Origin: Octopus vulgaris
Taxonomy: Eukaryota
Direction: 5' to 3'
Assembly: GCA_951406725.2 (NCBI GenBank)
Contig: OX597830.1
Span: 17,856,001-17,920,000, forward strand
DNA length: 64,000 nucleotides
Below are positions 54,971 through 64,000 of the stretch, piece by piece. The position numbers were made by a program, and so were the translations under genes. Below the pieces are notes generated by a model. The model made no database searches, was not told the DNA's origin, and was given only the letters and a program-made list of their open reading frames with translations. Within the stretch, counting starts at the first letter, position 1. The number at the start of each line of letters is the position of its first letter.

Positions 54971-55400
54971 CAGCAGCAGCAGCAGCAGCAGCAGCAATAG
55001 TAATGCTACTGATCTGACCACTAAAGAGTTGTCGAGGTAAGTCTTTAGAATTCGCTTACTCCTTCCTTTGAAAACTGCTGGCCTTGTGCCAAAATTAGAA
55101 TATTATACTTGATATCCTGAAAGCTCACTGCTTTCAGGATATCAAATAAATATCCTGAAAAGAGATATCCTATCTCCTGTGGCTAGGGTTTGCATGTCGG
55201 GCAAAATGCTCAGCAACATTTCTTCCCGTGTCTTTTTATGTTCTGAGTTTAAACTCGATTCTGCTTTTCAGCTTTTTCGGGGTCGATTAAATAAATACAA
55301 GTTGAGCAGTGGGGTCGGTGTAATCGAATAATCCCTCTTCTTCTTTAAGTTGCTGGTCTTAGGCCAAAATTTGAAACCATAAATATTGTTGAGGCAGCGA
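54549..55400 (+). mobile_element. Cluster of diverged SINE family B copies
   Basis: B bodies at about 54549-54700, 54700-54910 and 55195-55380. Confidence 0.78.
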
Positions 55401-55995
55401 GCTGGTAACGACGACCAAAAAGATCACAAACCACTGTTATATTACGTCAGAGGAGAAGTCAACCAACCGCAGTCCATTTCACTGCAGACGATAAAAATAC
55501 GAAAATAAGAACCAGAAATTGTAGGAGGCCACTAGTAATGGAGGACAACTAGTGAAGAGAAGTAGCTCGAAGTTACGGAAATCGAACTTTCAGGAGCTTA
55601 CCAGCACTCTACAGAATTCGTATATTTAATCTTTTGCTTAACAGAGCCAAACTAATTGCGGAACGGACGAAATCATATACAGGAACACAAACCTGACTGA
55701 CACTGGCTTAGCTAGAAACCGCAGGCGATAAAGCGAGAAAAGACGAAAGAAAATCAAGTTTTGCAATTGGGACAGAAATGTATCGACAAGTTAATTCGAT
55801 ATAAAGGAATAGATACAATTGTTCGCGAAATCATATTGTATCCCAGAGGAACTAATCCTCGCCAAATGGAAGAATTTCTACGCAACTTTGCATTAACAAA
55901 ATCCAATCTAACACAGAAAGAAGATAATACAATAGAAATAAATAAAAAGCTGCGTCGCCATTGAAATATCTCAATAACATAGTGAGAGAGAGAGA

Positions 55996-56038
<43 letters not shown>

Positions 56039-56096
56039 CGGTGCTTCTTTGATGATATCTGTGTCTGTGCGTGAGTGTGTATGTAGAGATACACTC

Positions 56097-56128
<32 letters not shown>

Positions 56129-56336
56129 TGCAATATAAGTGTATGAGTGAGTAGGGGAGCCCATAGATACATATACATATAAACGTAGGTATATATATAT
56201 ATACATCTTTATTTGTATATAAAACTATGCATATATCTGTCTATCGATTTATCAACCAATGTAAGTATGTATGTATATATGTATGTATGTAAGTAATGTA
56301 TACATACATACATACATACGTATACATATATGCATA

Positions 56337-56486
<150 letters not shown>

Positions 56487-56927
56487 GGTATGTGTATACG
56501 GCCATGTGTATAAACTTATCTATGTATATGTATATATTTTGAATGCATTCTGTCTATAAACTTATGTGTATACGTCAGTGCATCCACCGAATAATCTGTT
56601 TATCCATCAACATACTCTATACATCCATCTAGATGTATGTCTGTGTATTCATCTGGCAGTCTATTCATCGATCCAGGTGACTGTCACTGACTAATTACAT
56701 CATTATCAATCTTCACACAAACACACAGACCCGAAAAATGGATACACACTCACATGCATATACACTTACACCCATATACATACATACATACATACATGCA
56801 TGCATGCATAAATGCATGCATACATACATACATACATACATACAGACATACAAACATACATACATACATACATACATACATACATACATAATACATACAT
56901 ACATACATGCATGCATACATACACACA

Positions 56928-56959
<32 letters not shown>

Positions 56960-57049
56960 AACATACATACATACATACATACAAACATGCACATACATTC
57001 ATACATGCATGCATGCATACATACATACATACATACATACATACATACA

Positions 57050-57080
<31 letters not shown>

Positions 57081-57121
57081 GTGTATTTGTGAGTACGCGC
57101 ACGTCTGTGTGTGTCATATAA

Positions 57122-57175
<54 letters not shown>

Positions 57176-57245
57176 TATTTAGATACATAATATATAGAAA
57201 TATATATATATATATATATATATATATGGGTGTGTGTGTGTGTGT

Positions 57246-57288
<43 letters not shown>

Positions 57289-58021
57289 TACACATACACA
57301 CATATATACACTCAATTTATACATGTGTATACGTGTTTTTGGGTGCGTGGTGTACGAGAGAGAGTGGGTCTAAATGCAGGCTACCATACATGAGAAGGTG
57401 AACCGAAGTTAATATTTAATTAGTTGAAATTACAACCCTAATGAGGAAAGAGTCATTAACGGTAATGAAGTTTTGTTCTTAAAAGCGCCAAGGGAGGGAA
57501 GTCACGCAAACTTCAAACGGGAGACGTATGTAAGTATGTATGTATGTATGTATGTATGTATGTATGTATGTATGTATGTATGTATGTATGTATGTATGTA
57601 TGTGTGTGTGTATGTATGTATGTTTGTATGTATGTATGTATGTATGTGTGTGTGTATGTATGTATGTATGTATGTATATTTGAATGTATATATATATATA
57701 CTTACATGCATTATATATATATACTTACACATACATACACACACATATATTTGAATGTGTGTGTGACTGTATGAGTATGTGTGTGATTGTATGAGTGTGT
57801 GTGATCTTTAACATGTCTGTGGAATTCTTTAAAGACGAAATTCAATTCAATAATGTCTAGATGTGTGCATTTGCGTGCGTGCGTGTGTGTGTGTGCATCG
57901 AATTGCATGTGTGTGTGTGTGTATGTGTGTGAATAATACGTATGTATATGATATAACAGAGTTCAATCTATTTCATATACTTTCGTGTGTGTGCGCGCGC
58001 GTGTAAAACAGCAGACATTAT

Positions 58022-58090
<69 letters not shown>

Positions 58091-58482
58091 ATTTTCTGCA
58101 ATGATAGATTAGCAGTATATAATGATGACCACAATGTACGTTCCTAGAAGGAAGTGATGCTTTGATGGATTCAAAAAAAGAACGGTTTGCAATCCTGTAT
58201 GTAGTGGGAATATATGTGTGTATATGTACATATGTATGTGCGTGTGTATATATGTATGTATATGTGCACATAAGTGTGTTTATGTACATATGTATATGTG
58301 CAATATATGTGTATGTATATATATATACATATATATACATATATATATATGCACATAAATATAAGCATGAATATATGGTAGACACACACACACATACACA
58401 TATGAATATGTATGTTTGTATGTATGCATGAGTGTCCGTATGAATGCTTCATTATGTATGCAGGTAAGCACGTGTGTGTGTG

Positions 58483-58536
<54 letters not shown>

Positions 58537-58780
58537 ATGCAGTTAAGCATGTATGTGTGTGAGTGTGTATGTATTTATGTAAAAATGCAAGTTTGAAAAT
58601 GTACCTATCTGTCGCCAACGTATATCGGTAAAAGATATGAAAATCTTGAGGAGGAAGTTTGGCAACTTCCGAAGATGTCAACATCAACCTTAGAGTAAAA
58701 GTGAGTCTGTCTTGCCAGGAGGCAACAAGTTTAATAAAAACGCTGATCATATCACTGTCGTTTCTGCTATTGCTGTTCTT

Positions 58781-58803
58781 GACGACGACGACGGTGATGA
58801 TGA

Positions 58804-58837
<34 letters not shown>

Positions 58838-58848
58838 CGTGGTGGTGG

Positions 58849-58905
<57 letters not shown>

Positions 58906-58971
58906 CGATGTTGATGATGATGATGATGATGATGATGATGACGATGTTGATGATGGTGATGGTGTTGGTGG

Positions 58972-59004
<33 letters not shown>

Positions 59005-59065
59005 CGATGTTGATGATGGTGATGGTGTTGGTGGTGATGATGATGATGATGATGATGATGATGAC

Positions 59066-59104
<39 letters not shown>
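58781..59104. repeat. (GAT)n/(GGT)n microsatellite
   Basis: Trinucleotide run. Confidence 0.96.
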
Positions 59105-59107
<3 letters not shown>

Positions 59108-59430
59108 GTCTTTGGTTTTTGTTTTTATTTGTTTTTTCTCCAATTTCCAGTTGCTCTTCCGCTGTTCTTTCACATGAATATCAATGTCTTCGTGAGTTTT
59201 GTTGGGGAGGGGGGGCCTTGATGGCATTATTGGTTTTTCTGATTTTCCAAACACACTGATGTTGTTGCTATTATTATTATTGTTGTTGATGTAATTACTG
59301 CTGATGTTGTTGCTGTTGTTGTTGTCGTCCGTTTTTAGTTCTTGGTCAACCCTGATCGCGCAGAGCAATAATAGCCAATTACGTTCCCACTACTGACCAT
59401 CCAGCCATATTAGGAGGACCCCATTCAAGG

Positions 59431-59467
59431 TTACGGTTAACCCTAACCCTAACCATAACCCTAACCC
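59431..59467. repeat. Short interstitial telomeric-type (TAACCC)n tract
   Basis: TTACGGTTAACCCTAACCCTAACCATAACCCTAACCC. Confidence 0.8.
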
Positions 59468-59725
59468 CATTCAAGGCTATCTCATATGTATATTGAAGCT
59501 TTTAGTGGAACAAATCGACCGCAATCCTTATTTTAAGTCTGGCACTTATTTTATTGAACCCTTTTTGCCGAACTGCTGCTACGGAGACTAAGACAAGCCT
59601 ACACTGGTTGACTAATGATGAGGGAGCCAAACATAAAGACGCTCACACACGCATACACGCACGCACACACACATCATGCATACACATATACACACATGGT
59701 ATCTTCCAGCCTTTCTTCATATCTA

Positions 59726-59756
<31 letters not shown>

Positions 59757-59791
59757 TGTATGTATGTATGTATGTATGTATGTATGTATGT

Positions 59792-59886
<95 letters not shown>

Positions 59887-59975
59887 TGTAGGTAGGCAAG
59901 TAGGGAGGTAGGTACAATAAAACTATAAAGAAGCAAACAAACGGCTTATTTTATATGGTTAGTATATGACTTCCA

Positions 59976-60215
59976 GTGGAGGCGCATGGCTTAGTGGTTA
60001 GGGTGTCAGCATCATAATCGTAAGGTTTTGTTTTCGATTCCTGGACCGGGCGACGCGTTGTGTTCTTGAGCAAAACACTTCATTTCATGTTGCTCCAGTC
60101 CACTCAGCTGGCAAAAATGAGTGACGCTGCGATGGACTGGCTGGGGATCACATACGCCATTGAAACCGGGAAACCGGGCCCATGAGCCTGGCTAGGCTTT
60201 AAAAGGGCGCATTTA
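59976..60215 (+). mobile_element. tRNA-derived SINE, family C-related head with a third tail
   Basis: GTGGAGGCGCATGGCTTAGTGGTTAGG..TTCGATTCC head; TATATGACTT flanking repeat. Confidence 0.85.
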
Positions 60216-60565
60216 TCTATTGTATTTATATGACTTTCATATACTAATGAGTGTTAAGTTATTATGAGAGTATAGATCATAAGAAAGTCTCAGTTCACGT
60301 TGGAGTTTTGGACAGCAAGTGAACTTGAGCATTAATGGTATGTTCCTATCAGCACACGCCATCGGACGTAATATTATTACCTGGTGTGTGTGTGTGTGTG
60401 TGTGTGTGTCTGTGTGTGTATGTGTGTGCGTGTGTGTGTGTGTGTGTGTATGTGTGTTCGCAGCATTCGCGGATTCCCGTGACTGTTACCATCCAATTCC
60501 ATTATAACGAATTTGAACTGGCAGCTTGAGTTATGTATCTTTTATTAACTGATTACACAACCATA

Positions 60566-60774
60566 TATTTCTTTATTACCCACAAGGGGCTAAACATAGA
60601 GAGGACAAACAAAGACAGACAAAGGGATTAAGTCGATTACATCGCCCCAGTGCATATCTGGTACTTTATTTATCGACCCTGAAAGGATGAAAGGCAAAGT
60701 CGACCTCGGCGGAATTTGAACTCAGAACGTAACGGCTAAGCATTTCGCTAACGTTTCTGCTAGCTCGCCGCCTT
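60566..60774 (-). mobile_element. SINE family B monomer
   Basis: 13-bp TSD TTACACAACCATA. Confidence 0.9.
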
Positions 60775-61248
60775 ACACAACCATAGACGTTACCTCTATG
60801 GATGCGTTACAGTTTCTCTCCTGATAGAGCTTAAGGAGCCTGGCCGTTGACCTTACAGGATTCCTCCGCTCAGCATCTAAGATCTTCTAGTATTCCTCCG
60901 CTCAGTTCAGCTCTTCTGCTATCTCTTCACAATCCGCCATGCTACATTTCCATGACTTCGCCGTATCCCTGGTTGCACGGAATTTTGTCAATGAACAGGT
61001 CGCGGTCTCAAAGCGACGAAAATATTTTGACAAATTAAATTTAAATGTTGAAGTGAATCTAACGGTTTCTGTGCGTTTTTAAATGGCTTATAAACACCTT
61101 CCACGCTGCAATTGTATATATATATATATATATATATATACATAGGATAATATATACATAGGATAATATATATACATAGGATAATTCATTCACCTACGAG
61201 AGTAAAGGAATTTTGTTAACATCTTCGTTGGACTCCATTCTTTCATTC

Positions 61249-61301
<53 letters not shown>

Positions 61302-61332
61302 CATGTGTGTGTGTGTGTGTGTGCGTGTGCGT

Positions 61333-61364
<32 letters not shown>

Positions 61365-61499
61365 AACTTAGCTGTTCGGCAAAAGAGATCGATATAATAA
61401 GTCCTGGAGTCGATTTGCTCGACTAAAGGCGGTGCTCCAGCATGGCCACAGTCAAATGACTGAAACAAGTAAAGAAAATAAATATATATACATCCAGAA

Positions 61500-62117
61500 T
61501 ACTGTGTAACACGATTTTTGTCCTTGGGTAACAACTGTTATTTCTTATTTACTTACCCCTAGGAAGTATGAAAAACGGCTAACATGTCCTTCAAATTTCA
61601 CTTTTGTTACATTTATTCAAAACCCAAAGAATCCTTCTCAACACCTGACTATGATGCTCCCCTGGTACTCCTGCTCATGATCAGAGATGCACATATTGAT
61701 GCAACTAAGGGACATGCTCAAGGGAGATGCAACTAAGGGACATGCTCAAGGGAGATGCAACTAAGGGACATACTCAAGTGGTTATGATGAAGCAACTTAC
61801 AAACAAATCTGTAGTATTGAACAGAATGTTCGCTATAACGATATATCTGCTTCAGCAACTCAGTGCTGAATCTGGAATACAATGGAATATAAGTCAATTT
61901 CAAAGCATCGATGTCCAGATCAGAAAGGCAAAGTTTGAAGGGAATGGTAGTGATTTCCTTTGTGGCTGTGTGGTAAGTAGCTTGCTTACCAACAACATGG
62001 TTCCGGATTCAGTCCTACTGCGTGGCATCTTGGGCAAGTGTCTTCTGCTATAGCCTCGGGCCGACCAATGTCTTGTGAGTGGATTTGGTAGACGGAAACT
62101 GTAAGAAGCCTGTCGTA

Positions 62118-62170
<53 letters not shown>

Positions 62171-62450
62171 ATATATGTTTGTGTGTCTGTGTTTGTCCCC
62201 CTAGCATTGCTTGACAACCGATGCTGGTGTGCTTACGTCCCCGTCACTTAGCGGTTCGGCAAAGAGACCGATAGACTAAGTACTAGGCTTACAAAGAATA
62301 AGTCCCGGGGTCGATTTGCTTGACTAAAGGCGGTGCTCCAGCATGGCCGCAGTCAAATGACTGAAACAAGTAAAGAGTAAAGAGTAAGCAAATAAGAAAT
62401 AATACTTACTGACCCAAAGACAAGAAAATTTTGAACTTTGCTACACAGTG
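61500..62450. mobile_element. Non-autonomous TIR element with a nested SINE and an internal 28-bp tandem repeat (x3, 61698-61778)
   Basis: ACTGTGTA..TTGTCCTTGGGT..TTATTTCTTATTT mirrored by AAATAAGAAATAA..ACCCAAAGACAA..TACACAGTG-TA. Confidence 0.7.
61962..62388 (+). mobile_element. SINE family A nested in the TIR element
   Basis: Family A head, core and (GTAAAGA)n tail. Confidence 0.92.
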
Positions 62451-62989
62451 TAACCTGACTACTAAAACGATTTACGTATAGTTCTAAATGAGGCCTACAT
62501 TTCACATGCCTGGGTCCATTACCAGTTTAATGGAACCCCTAGATGATCGAATGACTACATAGAAGCTCCTTCATTCGTTTATAGAGCTGTAACCTTCTTG
62601 GCTTTCCGTATTGGCATTACCAATGATAGCTAAACTAAAATGGCTTCAACTGGAAATTAAGACCAGCTGGTGAAATCGAAGCAGTTTCAAAAAAGTATGG
62701 TCATCATAAAATCCCATTGTTTCACCTCACATCTCTTCTATGAAAAAAATTATGTTCTGCCAAAAATAAAAACTTATTTTGTGGATGGAGGTTTTCGGTA
62801 AAACCGATAGACGCGACAGCATGCAATACAATAACCTAAATAATAGTAATATGCTATGGTAGCTTTCTATGATAGCTTTCTATCTATACTATACTATGAT
62901 AGACTATTTTAATAGTCTATGACAAAATAAGGTATTGAGTTTCGCTGGAAAAAGAGATTATTACGGTCACGATGACATGAAAATGCTAA

Positions 62990-63412
62990 TAACGATGATG
63001 ATGGTGAGGATGAGGATGAGGAGGGGGAGGAAGAAGGAGGGGGGATGGGGGAGGAAGAGGAAGAGGAGGAGAAGAGGAGAGGAAGAGGGGAGGAGGAGAA
63101 GGAAGAAGAAGTATAGGAGGACCAGGAGGAGGCGGACGGGGAGGAGGAAGAAGAAGAGGAGGGGGACGACCAGGAGGAGGTTGACGGGGAGGAGGAAGAA
63201 GAAGAGGAGGAGGAGGACGACGAGGAGGAGGACGAGGATGACGAGGACGAGGAGGAGGAGGACGAGGAGGCGGAGGCGGACGGGGAGGAGGAAGACGAGG
63301 AGGACGAGGAGGACGAGGACGTGGAGGAGGAAGGCGGAGGAGGACAATGATGACGATGAAGAAACGACAGCGCAGTTACGACGACTATGATGATGATGAC
63401 GATGATGGTGAT
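62990..63412. repeat. (GAG)n-rich low-complexity tract
   Basis: Degenerate GAG/GAC/GAA triplets. Confidence 0.92.
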
Positions 63413-64000
63413 GTACATTTTTCTTGGTAAAATATTTATTTTGATATTCAATATATCTATAAAGGAGCCAAAGCACCTTTATATATACATTGGAGATTAA
63501 ATGCAGAAATTTTATTATGGACATCGATGAAAGGAGATTAAAAGACAGAGAGTAAGAAGAGGGTAGAAATATTGTGGGTGTTATAGAATGGAGAGGAAAG
63601 AGAATTACGCGTCGAAGACAGAAAGTGGGAACGATAGTGAGAAAGGAAGTGAATTAAGAGAAGAGAAAGGCAACGAGAAAAGGGAGAGAGAGTGCGAAAA
63701 GAAAGATGAGAAGTATGGAGAGTGGTAAAAAGTAAGTGGTTCATATGATGGTAAGCGGTGAAGAGAGAGAAGAGGAGACAGAAATACAGGCTGGATTCAA
63801 TATATTCATGGAGAAAGGGAGAAAAGTGATAAATGATAAATATCAACCATCTTCAACTTACATGATGGAACCCACTGCAGTTTTTATATACACGGCAAAT
63901 GTCAGCCTCATCTGTTCCGGTTTGTTTGCCTGGTCGTTTGTTCTTAATTCTTTTTGATGTTGCCTCGCATTGTAACGAGTTCTTCGTTGTTTTTTCTTAT

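Noticed and set aside
62909-63524. Ser-rich and Arg-rich (protamine-like) ORFs
   Set aside because: Alternative frames of a degenerate (GAG)n tract

Overview
AT-rich, apparently gene-free animal DNA. It is most likely an octopus or other coleoid cephalopod, inferred from the SINE repertoire and extreme microsatellite density. I found no host protein-coding exon; nearly all supplied ORFs are microsatellite or SINE read-throughs. The window is a nested stack of mobile elements: two decayed Penelope-like retroelements (one Penelope/Poseidon-type, one Hydra-clade-like), an R4/Dong LINE in (TAA)n, Tc1/mariner/maT, hAT and piggyBac remnants and MITEs, non-autonomous Helitrons, a gypsy pol relic and at least three tRNA-derived SINE families. 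20316-26428 is repeated at 26529-32628 across a 100-N gap, probably a false duplication. Main signals: (i) about 7 unrelated type I hammerhead-ribozyme motifs, most in short non-coding inverted-repeat elements in or beside (TA)n tracts; (ii) a tRNA-like Pol III head fused directly to a hammerhead at the 3' end of a Penelope ORF; (iii) a SINE that appears to insert into its own body and build head-to-tail stacks; (iv) insertion scars: an aborted Helitron with a 184-bp duplication, and a telomeric insert with a 13-bp duplication. Everything was read by eye, so boundaries are approximate and clade names come from remembered motifs, not database searches.
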